Shown here: piece after piece, positions 18,366-28,031 of the stretch
Layout: the number at the start of each line of letters is the position of its first letter
Numbering within the stretch: position 1 is the stretch's first letter
Virus record (IMG/VR): IMGVR_UViG_3300044507_000063
Span: 1-38,040 of that record
Direction: 5' to 3' (one strand)
From: a virus
Taxonomy: Duplodnaviria > Caudoviricetes
DNA length: 38,040 nucleotides
Notes under the pieces: model-generated
What the model was told of the DNA's origin: nothing
What the model saw: the letters and a program-made list of their open reading frames with translations, nothing else
The model's database searches: none
Made by a program: the position numbers and the translations under genes

Positions 18366-18473
18366 ACCCATTGTAGTATGGATCAAGTCTGGCATAGGAC
18401 GTGCAAGCAACTTCATCGAAAGCTGTTGTTGTACAGCTGGAGGAAGAATGCTTGTGGTTGTTGGACCTGACAT
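18366..18473 (-). CDS. major capsid protein exon 1 (36 aa); spliced product 320 aa
   Basis: MSGPTTTSILPPAVQQQLSMKLLARPMPDLIHTTMG; GGAG RBS; follows the scaffold gene. Confidence 0.88.
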
Positions 18474-18508
18474 TATTTATCTCCATGATTTTATCATAGA
18501 GACGAAGA

Positions 18509-19228
18509 TTACTTACGAGCTGCTGCCAAAGTTTCTTTCCAAAGGGCATTACGCTGATCTTTGGACATCGTTGAATTGGACATTTTTGCCGCTGTTGTAA
18601 CTGCTTCGGAACGGACTCCTAGGCTTCCTAACTTGGGCTTTCCTTCCTTTTCATCGACTCTTTGCTGTTCCTGAGAAACAGGCTGTTTTTTTGCGGTATT
18701 TTGTGCCTTATCGGCTTGATAACGCGCATCTTTTTTAATAAGATTATAGACCTTTCTCAAAGGATTGGCAGCTTTTTCGACAGCTTCTCGGTTGTCTTCG
18801 TCACTTTTGATATATTTTTCAATATTCTCAGCCGTGACGACCTCTTTGAAGTCAGGAAATTCCGTGGCAGTTTCCAAAATTGCAAGCTTTTGATCTTTTT
18901 CGATTAGTTTTTGCTCATAAGCAGATAGTTTTTTATTTACCTGATTAAAAGCTTTAACAAGTTTCTTTCCGTCGGGAAATTCTTCTTGTTCTAATTGTCT
19001 GAAATCAAAATCTTCTTCGGGTTGTGCTTGAGGGCGTTGCATTTGCTGTTGCATTTGCATTTGCTTCTCGTACATTTCCCTTTCTTTTTGGGCTTGCCAT
19101 AGCTGACGTTCGAGGTCTTCTTTGGCTTTTCGAAGTTCTGCAAAACTTTCTTGCGGAGACTTCTTTTCATGGTTTTCAGCTGCCTGGTTGACCACTTCAG
19201 GTGCTTGGGTCTGTTCAGTTGAGTCCAT
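18509..19228 (-). CDS. putative capsid scaffolding protein
   Basis: Acidic, Gln-rich coiled coil immediately upstream of the capsid gene; AAAGGA RBS before ATG at 19228. Confidence 0.75.
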   Translation of the reverse strand: MDSTEQTQAPEVVNQAAENHEKKSPQESFAELRKAKEDLERQLWQAQKEREMYEKQMQMQQQMQRPQAQPEEDFDFRQLEQEEFPDGKKLVKAFNQVNKKLSAYEQKLIEKDQKLAILETATEFPDFKEVVTAENIEKYIKSDEDNREAVEKAANPLRKVYNLIKKDARYQADKAQNTAKKQPVSQEQQRVDEKEGKPKLGSLGVRSEAVTTAAKMSNSTMSKDQRNALWKETLAAARK

Positions 19229-19364
19229 TTTTTCCTTTGAGATTGGCGATATCTCGGTTTGCGCCAGTTTGAAGATTGCTTGGACTCGCGAAAATCCTTG
19301 CATATCTGATTGATGTATATCTAATATTTAAATTTGATACAACAATAAAACTTTAAGGTTACAG

Positions 19365-19541
19365 ATGGGCGATGATATGGATAGTCTGAAATATTTTATG
19401 GCTTCAGAGAAGATGGTGAACTTGATATTTATTGTTGAACAGACTTTAGAATTTATGAATGAATATTCTATTAAGCCTGACGATGAAGTAAGAAAGGCTT
19501 TGATACCGATTATAGATGATTTAAAGAAGTGGCTTGGTTAA
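19365..19541 (+). CDS. hypothetical protein (58 aa)
   Basis: Fills the gap, convergent with 19538..20038. Confidence 0.4.
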   Translation: MGDDMDSLKYFMASEKMVNLIFIVEQTLEFMNEYSIKPDDEVRKALIPIIDDLKKWLG

Positions 19542-20038
19542 GCAATATATTCTATTTTTTTGCTTAAATTATATTTATCATACGATTCTTTATCTAGGAT
19601 ATAATCGGATGTTTTTTCCAATGTATCATTAACATATTTTTTAAGAAGTCTTACATATTCCACATTAAATTTGTGAGGATTTTTTAAGATAAATGCAAGA
19701 GTTTCTTTATTTGGAATACACCATTCAAAATCTACTTTACAATAATTTGTAACAGAATAAAGATAATGATCTTGTCCTTGATATGGACTAGGACGGGTAA
19801 TTCTATTATGGCAATGGATGTGAATATTATTGTTTGAATAAGGTTCTTTGGTAGCCCACAAATGAATATAGAAATTTTTTATTGGATTTTTTTCATATTG
19901 CTCTTGAACAGCTTCATCTATTTTGTCTTTAAAAGCCTTAAATAGACCTGGAGTAGCTTCACCTATTTCCATTCTATCAGTTACATTTCGAGCTTGTAGC
20001 ATCAGCTCGCCGTATTTTTTGTCGCTATTCTTTACCAT
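19538..20038 (-). CDS. hypothetical phage protein
   Basis: 166 aa; R.TRPSP...LY...WCIP pattern; lies between portal and scaffold. Confidence 0.7.
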   Translation of the reverse strand: MVKNSDKKYGELMLQARNVTDRMEIGEATPGLFKAFKDKIDEAVQEQYEKNPIKNFYIHLWATKEPYSNNNIHIHCHNRITRPSPYQGQDHYLYSVTNYCKVDFEWCIPNKETLAFILKNPHKFNVEYVRLLKKYVNDTLEKTSDYILDKESYDKYNLSKKIEYIA

Positions 20039-20182
20039 ATTTCTCTAGTTTTGGGAATTCACGTGGTTCGTCTGATATTTTCTGTATTTCCAAATATTCA
20101 TAATGATCATGTTTTCCATCATTTAAATATTCAAAAGCAATCCATCCTTTTTCTAGATCAATCCATAGTAATTTTCTTTCCA

Positions 20183-20317
20183 TTACGCATTCTTCATCTT
20201 TGCGCCGCCCATATAAAGGCTGCGATTAGAATGGCTTGAACCCTGTTGAGGCTTATTGATGTAGCCTGTCTGCATCTTGTGCAGTTGAGGGAGCTTTTTT
20301 ATCTTCGGAGGTATCAT
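20183..20317 (-). CDS. small basic protein (44 aa)
   Basis: MIPPKIKKLPQLHKMQ...; below the ORF-track cutoff. Confidence 0.4.
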   Translation of the reverse strand: MIPPKIKKLPQLHKMQTGYINKPQQGSSHSNRSLYMGGAKMKNA

Positions 20318-20319
20318 TG

Positions 20320-20505
20320 TCATTTTTCAATCCTGAATTTATGCAATAAATCTATAATTTCACTTAAAACTTGATAACAACCTACATCATCATGGTAACA
20401 TAAATAACCACTATCAAATATTATTTTATATAATGGTTCCCATAATTCTTTTGGTAATTTGTTACGTTGATGTGTATGAGGATCATATTTTGGATCAAAA
20501 CTCAT
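20320..20505 (-). CDS. hypothetical protein
   Basis: 61-aa ORF in operon orientation. Confidence 0.5.
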   Translation of the reverse strand: MSFDPKYDPHTHQRNKLPKELWEPLYKIIFDSGYLCYHDDVGCYQVLSEIIDLLHKFRIEK

Positions 20506-20656
20506 TTATGCACCATGTTTTTTCATCTGCATTCATCGCTATTTCAAACATATCTTCAAGATCCAAACCTAAATCTATCATTAAATCGTGCTGTTCTTCA
20601 GCAGTAAGATTCTTATTTAAGCATATTTCTAAAGCTGTTTTTCTGTTTTTTTTCAT
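20495..20656 (-). CDS. hypothetical protein (53 aa)
   Basis: AAGGAG RBS; MKKNRKTALEICL... Confidence 0.5.
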   Translation of the reverse strand: MKKNRKTALEICLNKNLTAEEQHDLMIDLGLDLEDMFEIAMNADEKTWCINEF

Positions 20657-20749
20657 TGTTAACTCCTTCGTAATATCATAAGTGTTAGTGATTTACGATT
20701 TAATGTCAACTTTATTTCATATGTTTACGCATATGCGCATGCGCTTCTT

Positions 20750-20944
20750 TTAATTGTTTTGTAATAATTTGCTTACATGATAAATGTGATCCTCAATACA
20801 ACTCAGAATTGTAGAATCCTCATCAAATGTCTGCCGATAGTCTCTTATATCTTCTGCTATTATTTGAAGTTCTTTAATAGCCATTCCTTGTCTTTCACAT
20901 ACTTTTACAAAATATTTTATCTCATTTGTATCAAAACGCATCAC
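20750..20944 (-). CDS. hypothetical protein
   Basis: 64 aa, coupled to the upstream gene. Confidence 0.5.
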   Translation of the reverse strand: MMRFDTNEIKYFVKVCERQGMAIKELQIIAEDIRDYRQTFDEDSTILSCIEDHIYHVSKLLQNN

Positions 20945-21180
20945 CCACCATGTTTCTTCATGTGTTCATTAGCTTTAGCAAGGTCTTCTTTAGAATGTTT
21001 TTGGGTCCCTGTTCCTTTTTTAAGGCCAGCGTTTTTCCCTCGTGTGATAACACCTTTTCCATGAACCATTTCTCTATTTTTCTTTCTAATTGCTTTAAGC
21101 TTTTCTGCTTCTCCAGGGCGTTTATTAAATTCTTTCATATCGGCTTTGGCTTCTTTTTTAGACATCGGCTTATGTTCCAT
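20941..21180 (-). CDS. small Lys-rich protein
   Basis: 79 aa, highly basic. Confidence 0.65.
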   Translation of the reverse strand: MEHKPMSKKEAKADMKEFNKRPGEAEKLKAIRKKNREMVHGKGVITRGKNAGLKKGTGTQKHSKEDLAKANEHMKKHGG

Positions 21181-21200
21181 ATTAATTCTCTCTTTGCTTG

Positions 21201-21380
21201 TTAGCTTAAGTTCTTTTTGCTTGCTGGTGCGCCGTCAGTACCCTGACGATTATAACTCTCCTGCAATGGCAATGGAGGCTTTCCGCCTGGAGGAGTAAAT
21301 CTTGGTCTTGTATCGCTTAAGTTTTTATTCTTTGGCACCATCGGCTTGGATTGTGCACCTATGATTGGTATACGTGGCAT
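21201..21380 (-). CDS. small Pro/Lys-rich protein (59 aa)
   Basis: AAAGGA RBS; MPRIPIIGAQSKPMVPK... Confidence 0.55.
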   Translation of the reverse strand: MPRIPIIGAQSKPMVPKNKNLSDTRPRFTPPGGKPPLPLQESYNRQGTDGAPASKKNLS

Positions 21381-21534
21381 GATTTGTCCTTTTTAAAATA
21401 GCAAACTGGCAATTGCTGCCGCCTTATTCATCTTATTTTGCATATAAGATCGGTTTGTCGGTACATCTACCAACTGAGAATGTCTTCCCCAACCTACACG
21501 AATTACGAATCAAACGTATCCAGTTTGCTAAAAA

Positions 21535-21747
21535 TTATTTGTTAGCCATTTTTTCACGTGTGTATGGACGTTTTGCCAATGATGCTTCATCATGACGATC
21601 AATCTTTTCACGTACTTTCTCATATGAATTAGATGCACCGGCAGGTGGCTTTGGATCATGATTTTCTTTAATCTTAGAATAATCTGGACCACTATTTCCA
21701 TGACCTTCACGACCACCCATAGATGTGTTTTTATGGCTATGTGACAT
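21535..21747 (-). CDS. small basic protein downstream of the portal
   Basis: MSHSHKNTSMGG...; AAAGGT RBS just after the portal stop. Confidence 0.6.
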   Translation of the reverse strand: MSHSHKNTSMGGREGHGNSGPDYSKIKENHDPKPPAGASNSYEKVREKIDRHDEASLAKRPYTREKMANK

Positions 21748-21751
21748 AATT

Positions 21752-23773
21752 TTACCTTTTATTTGATTGTTGTACAACGTTTTCATCTTGCCTGTTTTGA
21801 ATATTTTCTATCAAAGTAAATACTTTAACAAAGTCATCAATATGCATTGACTCTACTTCTTTAGCAGCTTTCACTTTGTCAAGAACGGCAAGAGATTTCA
21901 TATGCTCGGATTCATTCTGTTTTGTAACGATTTCGTATTGTTCGAGACGTCCGCGCATTTCTCGTTCAGCAGCAAGACTACGATCTGATTGAGCTTTTGA
22001 TTGTAGAGATTCGTTGACGATTTGTTGATTCTCCATTTGAAGCTTGGCCATCTGCTCTTGCTGTTGAGCTTGTTGTTGTTGTTGTTGTTGAATAGATTCC
22101 ATAAGCTTATCTTTATCTTGGATATCAAGATCAACCAAAACCTGATCTGGAGGTATTGGGAAGCCATCTTTCCACAAGAAATATCGTTCACGGAAGGCGA
22201 GTTGTCTTGATGTATCTGTGAGAGGTGCGCGTGAGACGACTGCATCGTATTTCTGGAATGATTTGTCACGGAATTCATTTGTAGGCTCCTCCTCGATCAT
22301 TCTTCTAACTTTACCAAGGGTATAATTCTTTTGGATAATAGCCCAATGTAAACGGCCAGCATTAGATTGGGACAAATCAAGATTGTCGAACAATTCTTGA
22401 AGAGTGGTAAGTGCAGCGCCTTGACGAAGTTGTTCGGTGATTCCCACATCAGAATCTTCCGCTTGGCCCAATAGCTCCGGCGTGACACCTGCATTTGATT
22501 GAATATCCTGTTTAAGCATTTCTGTGACTTGGAAATTAGCCGGATTTATATTAGCTCCAGGCTTATCCATGATAGATTGTAGTCGACCTTTCTTAAAGAA
22601 TCTTACTTTACCTGGTCCGACTTTGAATGCGTCATTGTCGTCGATAAGTGCATCTTCTTCCACATCCACTCCAGAAAATTGAGCGGCGAGTAAGTCCATC
22701 TCCAATTGCTTTCTGTAGTTATAAAGGTATTGAGGGTCTCTGATGTTCCTGATAATGCCTTGATACCTAAAACTATAATTGTTGTTTGCAAGGTCATGGT
22801 AGCCCACAAAAGGAGTGAAAGGATAGTAGTCAATACCCAAAGGATTGGGGCCATCATAAAAGCAAACATTATTAACAATAATCGCAAGATGTACAGTTGG
22901 CACCTTCTCTTTGACTATAACTATTTGAGGAAATTGGGCCTTCAGATGTGCCATTTCCTCTTTATTAAAGTCTACTTCCGTTGATTCATAGGTCTGTGGG
23001 TCAACTATAAATGTTCCCATTCGTTCAGTCAAATGCCAATATTCATCATAAGCAAGAAAATCTTTTCTGCGTATGTTGTATTGTTGAGGCATAAATGTGA
23101 ATTTTGTATCGAAATAAGCCTGATCATTAAGCATATCTACATCATTAGCACGACCAGGGAGTAACTGCTTGACTTGATCTTTATGAAGATATTTACGCGT
23201 TCTGATGAATTGGCAATCTGATAGATCCATTTCACGCCAAAAAGCGTCCATCATTACCATGTCAGCGGAGAAACATTCTGTCTTAAGATCGCCACAAATA
23301 GGATCACGTCTATAATCTATCCAAGAATGCATTAAAGATAAACCAGTAATACCAGCAGCCTCTTTGAAGCAATTAGAGATGGTATTATAGGTGTTGTCTT
23401 GAGAATAGGCCGATTGAATAACTTTAGTAGCTTGAGAAGCAGTTTGAGAACTAGAACCATGCACAGGGATCATCTTTGTCCCTTTCCGGTGCTGTCTCTG
23501 TCGACCGCATACCATATTCACAACAGGCATTGATACGTTAAAGACATACTTCTGATGTTCGTAATTTAGACCGGAATAAAGATTGAGATAACGTTGGTCA
23601 CCAAGATATACTTTTCTATCAATGAGTTGTTCCCAGAAAAATAATTGCCAAGCGGATAAGTTTTGTTGGTATCTTTCGTCAGCTTCCTTTACTATATCTG
23701 GACGACCATCCGTGTAGAAATTATTATACACATTAGAAACAACTTGAGATCTTTCCAGCATTCCGCTCGTCAC
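21752..23773 (-). CDS. portal protein (P22-like)
   Basis: 673 aa; YLGDQ, FN...V..V.G.QR, GIIRNIRDPQ..YN, GVTPELLG motifs and Gln-rich C-terminal barrel; GAGGTG RBS. Confidence 0.88.
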   Translation of the reverse strand: MTSGMLERSQVVSNVYNNFYTDGRPDIVKEADERYQQNLSAWQLFFWEQLIDRKVYLGDQRYLNLYSGLNYEHQKYVFNVSMPVVNMVCGRQRQHRKGTKMIPVHGSSSQTASQATKVIQSAYSQDNTYNTISNCFKEAAGITGLSLMHSWIDYRRDPICGDLKTECFSADMVMMDAFWREMDLSDCQFIRTRKYLHKDQVKQLLPGRANDVDMLNDQAYFDTKFTFMPQQYNIRRKDFLAYDEYWHLTERMGTFIVDPQTYESTEVDFNKEEMAHLKAQFPQIVIVKEKVPTVHLAIIVNNVCFYDGPNPLGIDYYPFTPFVGYHDLANNNYSFRYQGIIRNIRDPQYLYNYRKQLEMDLLAAQFSGVDVEEDALIDDNDAFKVGPGKVRFFKKGRLQSIMDKPGANINPANFQVTEMLKQDIQSNAGVTPELLGQAEDSDVGITEQLRQGAALTTLQELFDNLDLSQSNAGRLHWAIIQKNYTLGKVRRMIEEEPTNEFRDKSFQKYDAVVSRAPLTDTSRQLAFRERYFLWKDGFPIPPDQVLVDLDIQDKDKLMESIQQQQQQQAQQQEQMAKLQMENQQIVNESLQSKAQSDRSLAAEREMRGRLEQYEIVTKQNESEHMKSLAVLDKVKAAKEVESMHIDDFVKVFTLIENIQNRQDENVVQQSNKR

Positions 23774-24075
23774 ATTTCACCTCTTATCAATTTAAAAATA
23801 ACAATAGCAGATTCACTGAAATAAGAGGAAGAGTCAACCTTTCGATATTGGTGTAATAAGAACAAGAACTTAACAGAAAATATTGAGAATTATCCGAAAA
23901 CAGATGTCTTTGGTGTCAACGTCTGATAATATAGCTTAAGTAGACTTATATTGGTGATTTCTCAGTATTAATTATTTCAAAAAGCTTCACAGCCTCTAAA
24001 TGTGTCAACTTAAATTTTTGTTGCAAAAATGTCACAGATATACGTCCATGAATGGATAAATATTCACGACATTTG

Positions 24076-24315
24076 TCAAGCATTTCTTTTTTCATGATCC
24101 TCAAATTTAATCGGATTTACATCATGCCCAATATTTTTAACTTCTTCTTTGGATATATATTGATGTTCTAAAATCAAAGGATTTTCAAAACATTCTTTGC
24201 AGACACTTCCATCGCTTTTTATTCTTTGCCATCCATCTTTTATACCATATCTTGAATCATATTCGCAGAAAAATAATTTACAACACCCTTCCTTTATAGG
24301 CATTCTTCCCTCCAA
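24076..24315 (-). CDS. hypothetical Cys-containing protein
   Basis: 79-aa ORF. Confidence 0.45.
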   Translation of the reverse strand: MEGRMPIKEGCCKLFFCEYDSRYGIKDGWQRIKSDGSVCKECFENPLILEHQYISKEEVKNIGHDVNPIKFEDHEKRNA

Positions 24316-24435
24316 TTATCCGTATACATCACTTCAAGATCTTCTTTTAACTTTTCGGCTTGTGCTTCGTAGAAATCGATCATCTTCTATATGAATATGG
24401 TTGGTTTGTGTTTCCAGTAAATCCTTGTTGCGGTC

Positions 24436-24762
24436 CTAATCTAGGTTGCGTTTTAGGTCACTTTCTCTAATCGTGATTCCTTCGCATTTATCATATTCAC
24501 CACAATATCTCCATTCAAATTCAATAATTATTTTCAAATACATTGATGAATATTGAGCTAATGCACTCATCATTGTAGCAGGAATTTCGCCAAATTGTTC
24601 ATCAATTATTTTCACATCATAAGTATCTCTCTGAAGCCTTCTTAATAGATATTTTTTCCATGAATTAAGATAGGATCTTGCTTCATCTTTTTCTCTTTCA
24701 TCTCTAATAAGAGCATATTCACCAAACAACTTTAAAATTCTTTCTTTAGTGGGATGTTCCAT
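24436..24762 (-). CDS. hypothetical protein
   Basis: 108 aa, immediately after the terminase. Confidence 0.6.
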   Translation of the reverse strand: MEHPTKERILKLFGEYALIRDEREKDEARSYLNSWKKYLLRRLQRDTYDVKIIDEQFGEIPATMMSALAQYSSMYLKIIIEFEWRYCGEYDKCEGITIRESDLKRNLD

Positions 24763-24764
24763 AT

Positions 24765-26144
24765 TTATCTTCTATTTGAATAAGGTTGGTTGTTTCCAGT
24801 AAATGGAGTCTGTGGCCCCAATCTTGGCATCGGCTTAGGTCCATAACCAGCAACAGTTTTCATTTGCATTAGCTTCTCTGGTGTTAAAGATCCCGGACCT
24901 CTTCCAAAATGAATACGAGCATTAGCCATCATTCTGACGGAATCTGCACAATGGCTAGTCCAATCATGTTTTGGGGAATCGGAATAACTTTGATTTTTTT
25001 CGTTATATTGTTTGTGATAATTTTCTAGACACTTGATTAAATGTTTACATCTTGTCTGATCTATATAGACAGTTGATAACATGGCTCTGACTGCTTCTAT
25101 ACCAATTTGTATATCTGTTTCACGTTCCAGAACCACTGTTTTGATTCCTTGTTCCCAAGCCACATCTTGAAGCGTACGTCCTGTTTGTATGCTTCCTGAG
25201 CCTGCGTCATGAGGTAAATAATGTGTTCCATAAACATATGGTTTGTTCTGTAAGATTTTAGCATAATGCGCTATCCCCTCTCCTTGTGCTTCGTAGAAGT
25301 CGATAATTCTGAGTTCACCACCGATCTCTTGCCAGAATGTGATACTTGTACTATCGCCATAGCCAATATCCCAAGCAGTATGCACAGGACTACGAGTTTC
25401 GTAAGAAATATTACAAATTCGCTTTTCATCTCTGGCTCGTTCGATAAGTCTCCCATAATATGAACCTTCTACACCCCTATTGAAGCTGCAATAATATTCT
25501 TGTTCAATGAGTTCTTCAGAAACACCTTCTTTACGTATCTGTGCAATATCATCATCATTTAAAACTCCAGTATCTCGAATAGAAAGTATCTCACAATACC
25601 ATTTAGGATCATTTCTAGCCATATTTACAAGATCAAAGAAATGATTTTTACCTCTAGGAGTGGAGATGAAGAGAGCGTATCCTTTATTAACATCGAGAAT
25701 AGGACGAAGATAGTCCCATGCAGCGGGAGATTGAATAGCATATTCCGAGAAGATGATTATTTTAGGGTTTGTACCGACAAGACTATCAATATTATCAGAA
25801 CCAATAAGCTGATAAAGAGAGCCATTTGTAAACCTTATTTTCATTTCCTGTCCGTTTTTCGACTCTATTAATTCGGAAGGAATATAATCAAGTAAACGTT
25901 TTGAATCGTTTGTAGAGCTATCCCAGATGACTTTTTTTGCTTGGTTATAAGTAGGAAGAATATGAAATGCAGTCCAACCTGGATTAAGCAATAGCTGCAT
26001 GATACACCAGTTAAAAGCTAGTATGTCTTTACCAGCTCTACGGTGTGCAACGAATACAGCGCGCTTTATACCGCTATTTAGAGCCTTTATCAGGGGAATT
26101 TGATATGGACGAGGCTGAAAGGTTAAGGCCAGCGGCAAGGTCAT
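24765..26144 (-). CDS. terL: terminase large subunit
   Basis: PRPYQ, HRRAGKD Walker A, IIFSE Walker B, ISTPRG, WDIGYGD nuclease motif, HDWTSHCADS. Confidence 0.95.
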   Translation of the reverse strand: MTLPLALTFQPRPYQIPLIKALNSGIKRAVFVAHRRAGKDILAFNWCIMQLLLNPGWTAFHILPTYNQAKKVIWDSSTNDSKRLLDYIPSELIESKNGQEMKIRFTNGSLYQLIGSDNIDSLVGTNPKIIIFSEYAIQSPAAWDYLRPILDVNKGYALFISTPRGKNHFFDLVNMARNDPKWYCEILSIRDTGVLNDDDIAQIRKEGVSEELIEQEYYCSFNRGVEGSYYGRLIERARDEKRICNISYETRSPVHTAWDIGYGDSTSITFWQEIGGELRIIDFYEAQGEGIAHYAKILQNKPYVYGTHYLPHDAGSGSIQTGRTLQDVAWEQGIKTVVLERETDIQIGIEAVRAMLSTVYIDQTRCKHLIKCLENYHKQYNEKNQSYSDSPKHDWTSHCADSVRMMANARIHFGRGPGSLTPEKLMQMKTVAGYGPKPMPRLGPQTPFTGNNQPYSNRR

Positions 26145-26529
26145 GAGGAACCGTAATGTAGTAAGTGGATTGTTTAGTGCCCTCTTCATCTTTTCTCAAT
26201 GAAGATTCAAATTTCTTTTCATCGCGTATGTCATGTTTAATATCGTAATCGTAGTGATGCAGAGTGCCTCTATATGTTGAATCACTAATAGTTAACTGAG
26301 AATTTGGTTGTGTACACTTTAATCTATTAATTCCAATTAATTCTTTAGCTTTTCTGTACAACTGGCGAAATTCTATATCTATTTCACACCAAGTAATCAT
26401 AGTATCTGAAGACATTCCAATAGTTTTTGCAAAGTGAGGAACAGTTACACAAGTTGGATTTTCTTCAGCATATTTAATGAAAGCTTCACCAACGCTTATT
26501 CTATCTGGAGTAGGTCTACCTGCAGTCAT
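26074..26529 (-). CDS. putative terminase small subunit
   Basis: AGRPT N-terminus, HTH-like segment, F...Y.KAK; directly upstream of and overlapping terL. Confidence 0.7.
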   Translation of the reverse strand: MTAGRPTPDRISVGEAFIKYAEENPTCVTVPHFAKTIGMSSDTMITWCEIDIEFRQLYRKAKELIGINRLKCTQPNSQLTISDSTYRGTLHHYDYDIKHDIRDEKKFESSLRKDEEGTKQSTYYITVPHDLAAGLNLSASSISNSPDKGSK

Positions 26530-26711
26530 TGAATCACCATATTTGTTCGAATTGCAACTTCTTCTGGTTCGCCAACGAAATTTTGTTTGGCTTCCATGAT
26601 ACATTTAATAATTTCAGGATCATCAGGAGACATAGAATAAGCAACATACATAATAAATTTTTGTCTGTAAGTTCTTTCTGAATCTTTAAGAATGACGGTA
26701 AGCTCAGACAT
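26526..26711 (-). CDS. hypothetical protein
   Basis: 61 aa; ATGA overlap with terS. Confidence 0.65.
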   Translation of the reverse strand: MSELTVILKDSERTYRQKFIMYVAYSMSPDDPEIIKCIMEAKQNFVGEPEEVAIRTNMVIQ

Positions 26712-26783
26712 GATATATATACTTATATAAGGTTATAGGAGAAGAACGTTATAACTTCACAGTATTAAATATTTAAATATCAG

Positions 26784-27044
26784 TCAAGAGGTAGGTTTTT
26801 TAATTTTTTTGAGAGGTTTTATAGAAGGAAGCAAAGAAGGTTTTATTTTTGATTCGAGAACATACATACGAGATTTAAGCGTTTCGAAATCATTAATGAG
26901 TTGTTCGATAACACTTTCGAGGCGTTTAATGATACGAATGGAATCGCTAATTTCTGAAGAAAAATGATGGAGTTGAATCCGATTTGATTCAGCAGCTGTA
27001 AGAATCTTTTTAATTTGATCGCGATCGTTTTTTGAAAAAAACAT
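26784..27044 (-). CDS. hypothetical coiled-coil protein
   Basis: 86 aa. Confidence 0.55.
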   Translation of the reverse strand: MFFSKNDRDQIKKILTAAESNRIQLHHFSSEISDSIRIIKRLESVIEQLINDFETLKSRMYVLESKIKPSLLPSIKPLKKIKKPTS

Positions 27045-27051
27045 GATGACA

Positions 27052-27366
27052 TTATGTTATAGATTGAGCGAAAGGAATGATCTCTTGAATCTTAATTCTG
27101 TTATTTTTCTCTATATTCTGGAAAAGTTTTTTGTGTTTGTAACATATTTCAGTGTCGATTTTCGAGATTAAAATAGACTCTATAAAGTATTTAAGAGGGT
27201 TTTTATGCCATTGTATTTTTTCGTCATTGGAAAGGTCAAGTTTATCAATATTCATCGAATTGTAAAGGTTTGACAGAGTGAGATTAAGCATGTCTTCCGA
27301 TTCAAACTTATATTTATTTAAGACGCCAAGAGGTGGAAATAGGCGAAGGATGTAATAATATTTCAT
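27052..27366 (-). CDS. hypothetical protein
   Basis: 104 aa; AAGG RBS. Confidence 0.55.
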   Translation of the reverse strand: MKYYYILRLFPPLGVLNKYKFESEDMLNLTLSNLYNSMNIDKLDLSNDEKIQWHKNPLKYFIESILISKIDTEICYKHKKLFQNIEKNNRIKIQEIIPFAQSIT

Positions 27367-27388
27367 AAAACCTTATCAAATAAAACGA

Positions 27389-27410
27389 CGGCTAGGACCA
27401 AACCTAGCCG
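27389..27410 (-). terminator. intrinsic terminator candidate
   Basis: CGGCTAGG/CCTAGCCG stem followed on the minus strand by tcgttttattt. Confidence 0.5.
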
Positions 27411-27533
27411 CCACCAAACAACGAAAAAAAAGCTATGGAATTTGTTTAATTTTAGATGTAAAGTATTTCTTTTTTTTATGCAAGAAAGATTTATTTTTAC
27501 ACTTTAAGAAGGTTGTAATTTTTAAGATATTTC

Positions 27534-27701
27534 TTAAATATTATTTTTTAACCATTTAGAATTGGTAAGGGATATTTTTTCTGTTTTTGAAAGTGAACCG
27601 TATTTTTTTCGACAAATAGAATCGCAATAACTGTTGCCTGTTTTTGGTTTAGGAATGGGTGTGGAACAGAAAAGGCAATGATAGTTTGATGGAATTTTCA
27701 T
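27534..27701 (-). CDS. small zinc-finger protein (55 aa)
   Basis: HCLFCSTPIP......YCDSIC. Confidence 0.5.
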   Translation of the reverse strand: MKIPSNYHCLFCSTPIPKPKTGNSYCDSICRKKYGSLSKTEKISLTNSKWLKNNI

Positions 27702-27713
27702 TGTAAAGCGGCT

Positions 27714-28031
27714 TTACTTGGAGATGACTTTGATTTCGATAGGATAAAGATCTTCGACTTGTTTTTTCTTTAGGATGAACATAGGGGTTGATAAACCTTT
27801 TACGTCGATCCATTCGATATCGCCATTAGAGTAGAAAACGGCATAATCTAGGACGTAACGTGTGTTACCTGGTAGGTGGAAAGGTAATTGCCTTAAGAAG
27901 AACAAAACTTCACCAGCAGCCTGTAATAGCTTTAGCTTTGAATAAAACGAAGCCTCAAGCTTTGAAGAGAATTTGATGCCATCCTTTTCAGTGCGTTTAG
28001 CATTGAACTTATGTTTTCGTACTTTTAGCAT
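27714..28031 (-). CDS. DUF1064-family PD-(D/E)XK nuclease
   Basis: HKFNAK.TE.DGIKF.SK.EA, Y..D, DVKG..T..F.LKKK. Confidence 0.85.
   Translation of the reverse strand: MLKVRKHKFNAKRTEKDGIKFSSKLEASFYSKLKLLQAAGEVLFFLRQLPFHLPGNTRYVLDYAVFYSNGDIEWIDVKGLSTPMFILKKKQVEDLYPIEIKVISK

Noticed and set aside
23800-24075. Repeated GTCAAC/TTGAC motifs upstream of the portal
   Set aside because: No convincing -10 spacing or longer consensus; could not support a specific call
3301-26144. Alternative genetic code or a diversity-generating retroelement
   Set aside because: Long genes are intact in the standard code; no reverse transcriptase or template/variable repeat pair seen
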